64,000 bases of DNA from Nitrospirota bacterium. Its GTDB lineage: Bacteria; Nitrospirota; Thermodesulfovibrionia; Thermodesulfovibrionales; Magnetobacteriaceae. The stretch spans positions 37,212 to 101,211 of the forward strand of contig JADFXG010000011.1 of assembly GCA_015233895.1 (NCBI GenBank), read 5' to 3'. A program made the position numbers and the translations under genes. The notes beneath the pieces were generated by a model, which had not been told where the DNA came from, did not search any database, and saw nothing but the letters and a program-made list of their open reading frames with translations. Within the stretch, counting starts at the first letter, position 1. Every line of letters begins with the position of its first letter. Of the stretch, positions 1 through 9,087 are shown piece after piece.

Positions 1-273
1 GACTATATTGAAAAAACTGGTTAACCCGACAATATTTAGTGCGTATTCTATCGAGCTGATTCCACCGCCACCGAAGTAGGATGAATTAGCTATTTTTAGT
101 ATTGACGCTGAGAGCCCTACGTCTTTGCTTGTTAACGACACGATTTTTCTTATATCCGGAGTCGTTTGCTTGATTTCTTTGTACAAGTTATTTACAATCT
201 TTGACTGAACGGGAATACCTATCCCTTTTACTATCTCCTCTGCTTGTCTTATATCAACATCTTTTTGTAACAT
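1..273 (-). CDS. HDOD-domain signal transduction protein (5' part; runs off the window edge)
   Basis: Manual translation MLQKDVDIRQAEEIVKGIGIPVQSKIV...SKDVGLSASILKIANSSYFG...ISSIEYALNIVGL matches the HDOD D-x-x-L-x(3)-IL-x-x-ANS-x-x-(Y/F)G motif; GAGGGGAG RBS upstream; not in the ORF track. Confidence 0.8.
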   Translation of the reverse strand, partial: MLQKDVDIRQAEEIVKGIGIPVQSKIVNNLYKEIKQTTPDIRKIVSLTSKDVGLSASILKIANSSYFGGGGISSIEYALNIVGLTSFFNIV

Positions 274-474
274 TACTCTGCTCCCCTCTTAAACCTTTGT
301 ATTTTAACTGCTACGCCGTTTAACAAAGACATTTCTATCAACCCGACTGCCTACACGATGTTACTTGCATAGACTATTTTAACTTAAATATGACATTTAG
401 CGCTACAGAATAAAAGTTAACAGAATTTGCATTGGTGGGAATTAAACAGCGGAGGAGATTTTCAGAGGAGTAGC

Positions 475-882
475 TTATTGTCTGACCAAACCGTAAGTTT
501 CAAGCAATGCTGACAGTTTTCTGGTATCAACAGGTTTTGTGAGGTAATGGTTACATCTGTTTAGACCGCGGTAGTAGGAGTCAAGTACGTCTTTGGGAGC
601 ATCCAAAGACGTAGTCATGATGATTTTCACCTCTTCATCGGGTGTTATTCCCATAGCTTTTTCTTTAGTTCTGATTTTTTGCAGTGCTGACACCCCGTCC
701 ATATCAGGCATCATGATATCAAGACATATAAGGTCATACCCATAGCCCTCATCTATTGCCATCATGTAAGCCTCCACTGCCTCGGCTCCGTTAACAGTAA
801 CATCAACCTCTCCGTAAGATGAAAGAAAGTGTCTAAGCAACGTGCGGCTTGTAAAATCATCATCAGCTATCAGTATTCTCAT
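475..882 (-). CDS. Single-domain CheY-like response regulator
   Basis: MRILIADDD acidic pocket, CLDIMMP phospho-Asp, TKP lysine; GGAGA RBS before ATG 882; the upstream in-frame extension to 1254 is unrelated sequence. Confidence 0.9.
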   Translation of the reverse strand: MRILIADDDFTSRTLLRHFLSSYGEVDVTVNGAEAVEAYMMAIDEGYGYDLICLDIMMPDMDGVSALQKIRTKEKAMGITPDEEVKIIMTTSLDAPKDVLDSYYRGLNRCNHYLTKPVDTRKLSALLETYGLVRQ

Positions 883-1059
883 ATTACCTCTCTCCTTTAA
901 TTGTAGCATGGGATTGTATTTATTTTCACGTTTTAGTAAATTCACCTCGTTATATTCCATTTTTATATAATCGGTTGTTTGTGTGTTTTTATTAACATCA
1001 GATTCTCTAAAGCTTTGGAAATATGTATTAATCAGAGTTAAGTTTGAGGTTTTTGTGAA

Positions 1060-1296
1060 ACTCGGGCTCGTAGTTCCCTGAAAACATGCCATTACCACAC
1101 TTAAACATGTTGCTTGTGTGCCGGTTGTGCCAAATTCTCCTGTTGCCGTAAAAGCCAGTGTGCCTGCGTATGATGTCGAATTTGCATCCGGTACATCTGA
1201 TGCTATTGTGGCTGTTGTTGAGCCAAAGCTGACTGTCTGCTGATAAAAAGTCATCTGCTTGGTTGTGTTTGCAGCTATTGTTGATAAACTATATTC
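1060..1296 (-). pseudogene. Internal fragment of the four-Cys CTD family
   Basis: IAANTTKQMTFYQQTVSF...SYAGTLAFTATG...TQATCLSVVMACFQGTTSP aligns with LASKQTKLITFLQNTISF...YGGFLTFTST...TEARCKSVLLECYQGTLDP of the array proteins; N-terminal half and terminal KR-x3-G-x2-C missing. Confidence 0.75.
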
Positions 1297-1302
1297 ATAA
1301 AT

Positions 1303-1722
1303 TTAGTGACCGACTACAATACTCTTTCCGCCGGAGCCCGCCGTACTGTTATTCTGACAAACATAACCGGCTAAATTGCGTTTTGGGTTAGTTATACCCT
1401 GAAAACAGCTTACCGTTACGTTAGTGCAGTTTAACGCAGTTCCGGTTGAATAAATTGACAACACAGCGCCATAAGAATAAGCGCTTCCGCTCAATTCCCA
1501 ACTTCTGTTAGCAAGATAGGTAAAATTGCTGTTTACCTCACTGGATTTAGCCGTTGTGCCTGCCCCTACAACAAACGTGTCTGATAGACTGCGCCTTGGC
1601 GTTAGACAGAACACTATTTCTCCATCATCCGTAAATGGCAGACCTTTATGCGGAACTGGTTTTTCTTTTTTTGCAGTGTGGTTTTTTATCAAATCTGGCG
1701 TGTAAAGGAAAGAAAAGGCCAC
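1303..1722 (-). pseudogene. Chimeric remnant ending in the C-terminal half of the four-Cys CTD
   Basis: YGAVLSIYSTGTALNCTNVTVSCFQGITNPKRNLAGYVC...GH matches the CTD end; no signal peptide; the N-terminal part looks like unrelated fragments. Confidence 0.6.
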
Positions 1723-1743
1723 AGTCGCCTTAATCTGTCCCTT

Positions 1744-1982
1744 TTAATAGACTTCATCGTGAGAGCCGATGTTGAGAAGATGAACAGTGTCTTGCGTTAT
1801 TTTGAATACTATTCGGATGTCGTGGGTAACAGAGCAGGCGTATTTGCCATTTAAGTTAGCAGATAAAGCATGGGTTTTAAGGGAAGCGTCAAAAGGGTCT
1901 GATGCTATTTTCTCTGTAAAATTATATATGGAGTCTGGAGGTTTGGGTTTTTCTTTAAAAGTTTTTTAGCCTTAATCATCAT
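1744..1982 (-). pseudogene. Frameshifted RelE/YafQ-family type II toxin
   Basis: Frame 1 MMIKAKKLLKKNPNL, then a shift near 1935 into DSIYNFTEKIASDPFDASLKTHALSANLNGKYACSVTHDIRIVFKITQDTVHLLNIGSHDEVY*; L-K-T-H-x-L and IGSHDEVY are RelE/YafQ-like; overlaps the antitoxin stop. Confidence 0.8.
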
Positions 1983-2211
1983 CGGCATTAAGGATAGCTT
2001 CCATAAGTTCTTTTGCCGAATTACAAACAACGTAATCAGGATCGGCTTCAGCGGCAAGCGTTTCCTCAACGAAAGCCTGATGCTTACGCTCTTTTTCAGC
2101 AAGGAATGCTATAAAATCAGACACTTCTTTAATCCGTTCTCTGGAAAGTCCACTTAGCATCTCCTGAATACGTTCAACATCAGGATTTACTTCTATTACG
2201 GTTTCTATCAT
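1972..2211 (-). CDS. Putative type II antitoxin (DUF2281-like)
   Basis: 79 aa acidic protein (LSRERIKEVSDFIAFL...SAKELMEAIL) directly upstream of and overlapping the toxin remnant. Confidence 0.65.
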   Translation of the reverse strand: MIETVIEVNPDVERIQEMLSGLSRERIKEVSDFIAFLAEKERKHQAFVEETLAAEADPDYVVCNSAKELMEAILNADDD

Positions 2212-2352
2212 GTTATATTTTAAAATTTTTTGAAGTAAATGGTAAAGGATCACGAAGGAGAATTGTAATATAAAAAAAAGCACAAACAATAGAATAAAAC
2301 ACGAAAAACTTAGATAATTGACAAAACCACTCCTGTTGTGTTTAAATGGGAG

Positions 2353-2387
2353 ACCTTTAAAGGATGGTCCCGTGAGGCTGGCAAGGT
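2353..2387 (+). promoter_or_regulatory. PyrR-binding RNA stem-loop in the pyrR leader
   Basis: ACCTTTAAAGGATGGTCCCGTGAGGCTGGCAAGGT; core GGTCCCGTGAGGCT is one mismatch from ARUCCNGNGAGGYU; closing ACCTT/AAGGT stem; directly upstream of pyrR. Confidence 0.8.
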
Positions 2388-2437
2388 AGTGAATCTGAAC
2401 TCCATCCTGAAACTTTATCAAAGGAGCAAACCATCAT

Positions 2438-2974
2438 TTGAAACGTGAACTTTTAACTAAACAGGACATTACCAGAATTCTTTTGCGTATAGCTCACGAA
2501 ATAGCAGAAAGAAACAAAGGTTGTGAGGGGCTATGTCTGGTGGGGATTCAAAGAGGCGGAGTCGATCTGGCAAAAAGGCTTGCCGAGGCAATTAAAAACA
2601 TCGAAAACACGGTCGTGCCGGTTGCAGCCCTTGATATTTCATTTTACCGTGATGATCTCAATATCAAAAAGACTCATCCTATTGTCAAAAAAACTGAGAT
2701 GCCATTTGATATAAATAACAAAAAGATAGTTCTCGTTGATGATGTTATATACACGGGGCGCTCAATCCGGGCAGCACTGGATGCCCTCATGGACTTCGGG
2801 CGTCCGGCACAGGTGCAGCTTGCCGTCCTGATTGACAGAGGACACAGAGAGCTCCCCATAAGAGCCGACTACGTTGGTAAAAACATTCCAACCTCTAAAA
2901 CCGAACAAATAAAAGTTCTCCTCATTGAGCGCGGCCATGACAAAGATGCTGTGGTCATTCAAAGAGTTGAGTGA
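2438..2974 (+). CDS. pyrR: Bifunctional pyr operon regulator / uracil phosphoribosyltransferase
   Basis: [60 protein letters not shown] start with AAGGAG RBS. Confidence 0.97.
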   Translation: MKRELLTKQDITRILLRIAHEIAERNKGCEGLCLVGIQRGGVDLAKRLAEAIKNIENTVVPVAALDISFYRDDLNIKKTHPIVKKTEMPFDINNKKIVLVDDVIYTGRSIRAALDALMDFGRPAQVQLAVLIDRGHRELPIRADYVGKNIPTSKTEQIKVLLIERGHDKDAVVIQRVE

Positions 2975-2977
2975 GCG

Positions 2978-3886
2978 ATGAAAAAGCACCTGATTGACAT
3001 CAAAAGCACATCCCTTGAGGATATTAAACTGGTGCTTGATACCGCATCGTCCTTTAAAGACGTTTTAAGCAGAGACATTAAGAAGGTGCCGGCATTAAGG
3101 GGTAAAACCGCCGTTAATCTCTTTTTTGAGCCCTCCACCCGGACAAAGACATCTTTTGAGCTTGCAGAAAAAAGACTGAGCACCGATGTCATAAACTTTG
3201 CCGTCCCAACAAGCAGTGTCGTGAAAGGAGAGAGCCTCTACGACACCATAAAAACCATCGAATCCTACGGAGTTGACTTTATCATCATACGGCACCAGTC
3301 AAGCGGTGTGCCGCACTTTATTACATCGTTTTCTAATGCCTCAGTTATCAATGCGGGTGATGGAATTAACGAGCATCCCACACAAGCTCTGTTAGACGCA
3401 TTTACACTGATGGAGAAAAAAGGGGTGATAGAGGGACTTAAAATAGCCGTAGTTGGGGATATTTTTCATAGCAGAGTGGCACGGTCAAATATTTTTTGCT
3501 TAAAAAAACTCGGTGCAGAAGTTAGAATTGTCGCCCCAAACACTCTGATCCCAAAGGGGATTGAAAACGAGGGCGTGCATATATACAATAACCTTGAGGA
3601 CGGCATAAGCGGAGTTGATGCCATCATGATGCTGAGAATTCAAAACGAGCGTCAAAGTGGCGGATTTCTAAGCTCCAAGGATGAGTATTTCCGCTTCTGG
3701 GGACTTACCTCAAAGCGCTTAAAAAGGGCAAAACCCGACTGCATTGTCATGCACCCAGGTCCCATGAACAGAGGAGTTGAAATAGACTCCGAGGTTGCCG
3801 ACAGCGCTCAGTCAGTTATACACGCTCAGGTCATTAACGGCCTTGCCGTCAGGATGGCGGTTCTTTATTTGCTTAGCACCGCTTAG
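2978..3886 (+). CDS. pyrB: Aspartate carbamoyltransferase catalytic subunit
   Basis: FFEPSTRT, KGESLYDT, INAGDG-x2-EHPTQALLD, MHPGPMNRG. Confidence 0.97.
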   Translation: MKKHLIDIKSTSLEDIKLVLDTASSFKDVLSRDIKKVPALRGKTAVNLFFEPSTRTKTSFELAEKRLSTDVINFAVPTSSVVKGESLYDTIKTIESYGVDFIIIRHQSSGVPHFITSFSNASVINAGDGINEHPTQALLDAFTLMEKKGVIEGLKIAVVGDIFHSRVARSNIFCLKKLGAEVRIVAPNTLIPKGIENEGVHIYNNLEDGISGVDAIMMLRIQNERQSGGFLSSKDEYFRFWGLTSKRLKRAKPDCIVMHPGPMNRGVEIDSEVADSAQSVIHAQVINGLAVRMAVLYLLSTA

Positions 3887-3964
3887 TCGCATACATATTT
3901 ATAGTTTTTAGCTGAGGCAATTCGTAACCTTGATTATTTTTCATCTATATATGTAATATGTTGC

Positions 3965-4882
3965 ATGCTGAGTAAATCATTCGGAATAATCTTTTTTGTA
4001 CTGTTGTCAGTGTTTATTATTTACGGACAATCATTCGCTTATAGTGAGTTTGCAGAGAAAACAAAAAAAGATTGCCAGTACTGCCATATAGACCCAGCTG
4101 GCGGAGGACAACTCACAAATGAGGGACAAGCGTATAAACGAGAAATTTCTGTTAAAGGTAAAGGTTCACCGCTTACAACAAGTCAGAAAATAATCAGATT
4201 TATTTTTGGTTTTTTACACATAACATGCGGTGTCACATGGTTTGGGGCAATACTTTATGTGCACATTTTACTTAAGCCAGCTTATGCATCAAGAGGGTTG
4301 CCAAAGGGAGAGCTGACTCTCGGATGGATAACTATTTGCGTTGTAGGCGCTACAGGGCTGCTTCTAACAATAACGCGTATTCATGACTTGCAAACACTGT
4401 TTCATACAAAGTTTGGTATCCTTTTAACTATAAAAATAACAATTTACATAATCATGCTATCATCAGCGACAATTGTTACATTTTTTATCGGAAAGAAACT
4501 AAAAGGGAAAGTTGAAAGTAACATTGACACTATGAAAGGCGTTTTTACCATGGATGAAATTGCAGGTTGTGACGGGAAAGACGGCAGAGCCGCGTATGTT
4601 TTGTATAAAGGGGAGATTTATGACGTCACCTCCAGCAGGATGTGGAAAGATGGGAAACACGTTGGTAAACATCTTGCAGGTTTTGACCATACTGAGTCGT
4701 TAAAACAAGCGCCTCACAGCGAAGATAAACTCATGAAGTATCCCAAAGTTGGCAAGTTGGTTGAAAAGCAAGCAACAGCAAAACAGCCGTTTCATAGAAG
4801 ACTATTTTACTTTTTTATTTATTTTAATCTATTTTTGGTTTTAGCGGTTCTTTTTATAATTTCTCTATGGCGTTGGGGTTAA
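3965..4882 (+). CDS. Membrane protein with N-terminal c-type heme motif, CopD-like helices and a cytochrome b5-like domain
   Basis: Signal peptide, CQYCH, 3-4 TM helices, FT-x2-E-x4-DGKDGR-x2-Y-x3-KG-x2-YDV...W-x2-G-x-H-x3-H-x-AG...APH b5-like motif. Confidence 0.7.
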   Translation: MLSKSFGIIFFVLLSVFIIYGQSFAYSEFAEKTKKDCQYCHIDPAGGGQLTNEGQAYKREISVKGKGSPLTTSQKIIRFIFGFLHITCGVTWFGAILYVHILLKPAYASRGLPKGELTLGWITICVVGATGLLLTITRIHDLQTLFHTKFGILLTIKITIYIIMLSSATIVTFFIGKKLKGKVESNIDTMKGVFTMDEIAGCDGKDGRAAYVLYKGEIYDVTSSRMWKDGKHVGKHLAGFDHTESLKQAPHSEDKLMKYPKVGKLVEKQATAKQPFHRRLFYFFIYFNLFLVLAVLFIISLWRWG

Positions 4883-4982
4883 GTACATCAACTGCAAAGA
4901 TTTCAGGATATTTATTATTTTATTCAAACCATTGGATAAGCTATAATAGATTACAAAGCCTAAGCAAACAAGGAGGTCTAAG

Positions 4983-5597
4983 TTGACAGACAGACACAGC
5001 GATAAAATGTCCTTTTGTGTAACTATAAATGACGAAGACGTTTATGAGGCAATGAAATCTATAAGCGGTTATCTTGATATAACATCCAGAGATTTTAAAG
5101 AGGTTTACCAGGTCGCATATAAACATGCCTTAAACAGAGTAACACAATCTGTGGTAATCAAAGAAGTGATGACCACAGATGTCGTGACAGTTACGGCAGA
5201 TACTCCAATTACTGAAGTGTCTGACAGGCTTTCTGAACATGCAATTTCCGGGATGCCGGTAGTTGATGACAGTGGCAAACCTGTTGGGGTCATATCAGAA
5301 AAGGATTTACTTTCCCGGATGGGGGCAGACCACACCTTAACTTTTATGTCGGTAGTTTCTCTATGTTTAAAACATAAGTGTTGTAAGATTATGAAGATTG
5401 CAAATCTTACTGCCAAAAACATAATGACAACACCTGCCGTGTGCATTAATGAAAACGCTTCAATCCATGAGGCAGTGTCTGTTTTTAAGACTAAGAAAAT
5501 CAACCGGATACCAGTGCTTTCGGTTGACGGCAGACTGGTTGGAATAATCACTCGTGGCGATATCCTGAGATCCCCTTTGTTTCAAATAAACGTATAA
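4983..5597 (+). CDS. CBS-domain pair protein
   Basis: Two CBS repeats (EVMTTDVVTV...ISGMPVVD...GVISEKDL; IMTTPAV...INRIPVL...GIITRGDIL); GGAGG RBS. Confidence 0.9.
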   Translation: MTDRHSDKMSFCVTINDEDVYEAMKSISGYLDITSRDFKEVYQVAYKHALNRVTQSVVIKEVMTTDVVTVTADTPITEVSDRLSEHAISGMPVVDDSGKPVGVISEKDLLSRMGADHTLTFMSVVSLCLKHKCCKIMKIANLTAKNIMTTPAVCINENASIHEAVSVFKTKKINRIPVLSVDGRLVGIITRGDILRSPLFQINV

Positions 5598-5678
5598 AGA
5601 AACACCCGAAAAATTTTCAGCTCACTTATGAAGTAGATAAAGTATATGTGTTTAAAAACAGCAAACTATGACGTGTGC

Positions 5679-5707
5679 TTGACATAAGCCCGATAAAAAC
5701 GTAGAAT
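5679..5707 (+). promoter_or_regulatory. Sigma70-type promoter
   Basis: TTGACA-17 bp-TAGAAT upstream of the CapD-type gene. Confidence 0.7.
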
Positions 5708-5829
5708 TAACTGTAGAATTATAAAATGCCGCAATTACAAAATCATATGGTCTTTTTTGAGACTTGTTACGTTGTGTTGGAGTCTCTGTGCCTGTGGCCG
5801 GAAAGCAGTTTTTACGGCAAGGTGATAAC

Positions 5830-7698
5830 ATGAAGAGAAAAATTTACTTTATCTTATCTGATGCTCTTATCATAGCAGCGTCTCTTTACCTTGCCTTTTA
5901 CATCCGTTTTGATTTCTCCATTGACGTTGTGGATAGATACCTTCAGCTCATACTGTTTTTCCTGCCGATTTTCCTTACCGTAAAAATTTCCACTTTTTAT
6001 ATATTTAGAATCTACAGTATCACATGGCGCTATGTTGGCTTAAACGACTTATGTAAAATAGTGAACTCGTTAATTGCCTCTGAGATGATTCTAATAGGAG
6101 TCATATATTACATGTTCTTGCCGGAGACGGCGCGATTTAATTCACTGTTAGGGGGTGGCATAGTATTTCCGCGCAGTATAGTGGTTATAGACTTGATATT
6201 GTCGTTAATCTTTATGTCTGCCATAAGAATATCCAAACGTCTCTATCATGAGATCCTAAGCCGTAAGCGTAGTAAAGAAGGTAAGAGCACAATAATCATA
6301 GGGGCCGGCAACTCTGCTGAAATGCTTGTAAGAGAGATTTCAAGACAGCTTGTGCCGGAATTTAACGTAATCGGTTTTCTTGATGATGACCCTAATAAAA
6401 TCGGCGCCTATGTTCACAGCATTAAGGTACTGGGTAAAATTGATAAACTTAGAGACTACATATATCAATATAACATTCAGGTGGTCATTATAGCGATAAC
6501 CAATCTTGATTATGGAGCTCTTAAGAGAATATATGAGATGTCAAGGGGCTCAGGAGTAAAAAACATAAAAATCACCCCCATGATGCACGGTGATAATAAC
6601 GTTAATGTGGCGATAAATTCGCTTGAAGATTTAAAAATAGAAGACCTCATAGGACGGCAGGTAATAAAGCTTGATTATGGTCAGATAAAGGATTTTTTGT
6701 CAGGTAACAAGATAGTAGTATTTGGAGCTGGCGGGTCAATCGGCTCAGAGATAGCCAGCCAGTTGTGTGCACTAAGGCCATCGCATCTTGTGCTTTTTGA
6801 CATGGATGAGACTGCCATGTTTAATCTGCAAACCAAACTAAGTAAGCACTATCCTGCACTTAAGCAAAACGTAAGTTACGTGATAGGCAATATAACGGAC
6901 ACATCGAGAGTGGAGGAAATCTTCATTCTCTACCGGCCAGATAAGGTGTTTCATGCAGCAGCTTATAAACATGTCCCTATGATGGAGCACAATCCTACGG
7001 AGGCAATCAAGGTTAACGTTTTGGGCACATACAATATAGCGGAGCTTTCGGAGCGTTATGGAGTGAAAAAGTTCATAATGCTTTCTACCGATAAAGCAGT
7101 AAACCCTTGCGGAATAATGGGCGCTACTAAGCGTGCTGCCGAGGAGTTGTGCAAGGTGGTAGCCGGCAGTACGAGTTTTATATCGGTGCGGTTTGGCAAT
7201 GTGCTGGGAAGCCGGGGGAGTGTGTTGCCTCTCATGCTTGAACAGTTACGTAAAGGGGGGCCTCTTACTGTAACACACAGAGACATGGAGCGCTACTTCA
7301 TGACAATACCAGAGGCTGTATCGCTTGTTTTGCAGGCAAGCGTAATTGGGCAAAGTGGTGACATTATGATTCTTGACATGGGAAAACCTGTCAGGATTCT
7401 TGAGCTTGCAGAGGAGTTAATCAGGCTTCATGGCATGACTCCCTATAAAGACATTGACATAGAGTTCATAGGACTCAGACCTGCTGAGAAACTAAGAGAG
7501 GAGCTGTACACATCCTCAGAGAAAATCTCTAAAACATCGCATGAAAAAATACTTACTATAATGAATGAAGGACGCAGCACAAAGCCGGAAATTGAAGCTA
7601 TGTTGGATCAATTGAGAAAGACGCTACAAAACAACGACCCTCACAAAGATACTGAAATCAGAGATATTCTCAGAAAATACCATATGCTGTCTGATTAA
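5830..7698 (+). CDS. Membrane-bound nucleoside-diphosphate sugar epimerase/dehydratase (CapD/PglF/WbpM family)
   Basis: N-terminal TM helices, IIGAG CoA-binding-like domain, GAGGSIGSE, FHAAAYKHVPMME, STDKAVNP, VRFGNVLGSRGSV; ATG 5830 preferred. Confidence 0.93.
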   Translation: MKRKIYFILSDALIIAASLYLAFYIRFDFSIDVVDRYLQLILFFLPIFLTVKISTFYIFRIYSITWRYVGLNDLCKIVNSLIASEMILIGVIYYMFLPETARFNSLLGGGIVFPRSIVVIDLILSLIFMSAIRISKRLYHEILSRKRSKEGKSTIIIGAGNSAEMLVREISRQLVPEFNVIGFLDDDPNKIGAYVHSIKVLGKIDKLRDYIYQYNIQVVIIAITNLDYGALKRIYEMSRGSGVKNIKITPMMHGDNNVNVAINSLEDLKIEDLIGRQVIKLDYGQIKDFLSGNKIVVFGAGGSIGSEIASQLCALRPSHLVLFDMDETAMFNLQTKLSKHYPALKQNVSYVIGNITDTSRVEEIFILYRPDKVFHAAAYKHVPMMEHNPTEAIKVNVLGTYNIAELSERYGVKKFIMLSTDKAVNPCGIMGATKRAAEELCKVVAGSTSFISVRFGNVLGSRGSVLPLMLEQLRKGGPLTVTHRDMERYFMTIPEAVSLVLQASVIGQSGDIMILDMGKPVRILELAEELIRLHGMTPYKDIDIEFIGLRPAEKLREELYTSSEKISKTSHEKILTIMNEGRSTKPEIEAMLDQLRKTLQNNDPHKDTEIRDILRKYHMLSD

Positions 7699-7733
7699 AT
7701 TTTATACGGTTTCTAATTGGTATTATGCGCTTA

Positions 7734-7763
7734 TTGAATTAAACACCGCTCTTTTGCTATAAT
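7734..7763 (+). promoter_or_regulatory. Sigma70-type promoter with extended -10
   Basis: TTGAAT-18 bp-TATAAT with TGn extension upstream of 7876. Confidence 0.55.
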
Positions 7764-7875
7764 ATAAGTAAGATATATTATAGCCTTATCTTCAGGCATA
7801 TATGCTAACGGCCCAAACGGGGTTATTTATCTAATTATAAAACAATACCCCGGCAGTGGAAAGGAGGGACAAGCC

Positions 7876-8220
7876 ATGCTAGGCTATAAGGAATTGGAAA
7901 CCCGCTTTCAGGAAATTTTTCGGATGGCCGTCGACGATATGGATTTCAGGGCTAAGTTTATTCAAAACCCCAGAGAAACATTCAAAGGATTCGGCATCGA
8001 ACTACCCGAGGACGTGAAGGTCGGTATCTTTGAAAACACCAACAAAATGCTTAACTTTGTCATTCCAGCTCATGTTCCCGAAAGACCCTATGCCTACAGA
8101 CACTGGACTAACGAAATGTTTACCGATTTAAGCACGATAGTATTCAGAGAGGAAGCCCCAATGAGATACTGGGAGGAGGTCCTTATGGAAAGCGATGAGG
8201 TACTGAATCCTGTCTCATAA
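7876..8220 (+). CDS. Nitrile-hydratase-leader-peptide (NHLP)-like protein
   Basis: A-x2-D-x2-FRAKFIQNPRETF-x2-FGIELPEDVKVGIFENT-x4-NFVIP fits the NHLP leader pattern; strong AAGGAGG RBS; no Gly-Gly cleavage site. Confidence 0.65.
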   Translation: MLGYKELETRFQEIFRMAVDDMDFRAKFIQNPRETFKGFGIELPEDVKVGIFENTNKMLNFVIPAHVPERPYAYRHWTNEMFTDLSTIVFREEAPMRYWEEVLMESDEVLNPVS

Positions 8221-8234
8221 CACTATTTAAAACC

Positions 8235-8284
8235 CCTCTTACAGTTTTTTTCGTATATTGGATGCGCGGTAAGAGGTCTTTTTT
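8235..8284 (+). terminator. Probable intrinsic terminator
   Basis: CCTCTTAC/GTAAGAGG arms followed by a T-run just after the 7876 ORF; long interior loop. Confidence 0.45.
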
Positions 8285-8331
8285 ATTTAAGTACAGCCCT
8301 TAGGCAGTCAGAACATACTCAGGTGTACTTT

Positions 8332-8359
8332 GCAGGGGCGAATAATTATTCGCCCCTGC
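8332..8359. repeat. Perfect 28-bp palindrome, REP-like
   Basis: GCAGGGGCGAATAATTATTCGCCCCTGC equals its own reverse complement; resembles GTAG-type REP elements; followed by TTTT. Confidence 0.75.
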
Positions 8360-8476
8360 TTTTGACGGAGCCAACAAAGTTAGGTGATAGAATGCAACTC
8401 GTTATAACAGTATGATTTTTATCATGGATACGGCTTACAGGCAAGTGGTAAGATAAGATAAAAAACAGGAGGACAC

Positions 8477-8893
8477 ATGGATAAGTTTGTAAGGAATTTT
8501 ATAGTGATGAGTATAGTGTATTTATGTGTAGCGGCACTTATGGGAGTGTTGATGCTTAGCAGCCCCAAATTTCTTGAATTTAAGTTTGCACATTCCCACT
8601 TCATGCTTCTTGGATGGGTATCAATGATGATATATGGAGTAGGGTATCATATCTTGCCTAGGTTTTCCGGGCGGCCGTTAAAGAGTGTAAAAATTGGTGA
8701 AATTCAATTTTGGTTAGCCAACATTGGGCTTATCGGCATGGCAGTTTTCTATTCCCCATGTCAGTATGTATCTTCATGTCAGTGGTTTTTGGGACTTGCT
8801 CCTGTGTTTGGTTTTATAGAATTTATTTCAATAGCTCTGTTTTTCTACAATATGCTTGCCACACTTTTAGCAAAAACGCCGGGACAGCCATAA
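8477..8893 (+). CDS. Small 4-TM protein resembling a heme-copper oxidase subunit I fragment
   Basis: FAHSHFMLLGWVSMMIYGVGYHILPRF and QFWLANIGL; AGGAGG RBS. Confidence 0.65.
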   Translation: MDKFVRNFIVMSIVYLCVAALMGVLMLSSPKFLEFKFAHSHFMLLGWVSMMIYGVGYHILPRFSGRPLKSVKIGEIQFWLANIGLIGMAVFYSPCQYVSSCQWFLGLAPVFGFIEFISIALFFYNMLATLLAKTPGQP

Positions 8894-9087
8894 GCAAAAG
8901 ATGTCCTGTACTTCAGTAATTTCTCTGGCGCTACAGAGAAATTCTGAGAGTATCACTTAAAAGATAGAAATGTGTTATATTAGTTCGCAGCGAATAACAT
9001 ATAACTTTATAATAATATATATGTTAGTATATGTTAAGATAGACGATAGCTTCAAGAAATAAACGGAATAATAACTGACCCTCTAAA

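Noticed and set aside
475..1254. 259-aa CTD-receiver fusion protein
   Set aside because: The receiver has its own RBS and ATG at 882; the upstream part is a truncated CTD relic plus AT-rich intergenic sequence that happens to be open
2212..2421. Hydrophobic N-terminal extension of the 1972-2421 ORF
   Set aside because: It is the antisense of the pyrR promoter and leader; the plausible start is ATG 2211
7876..8220. Nitrile hydratase alpha subunit
   Set aside because: No CxxCSC metal-binding motif and no beta subunit
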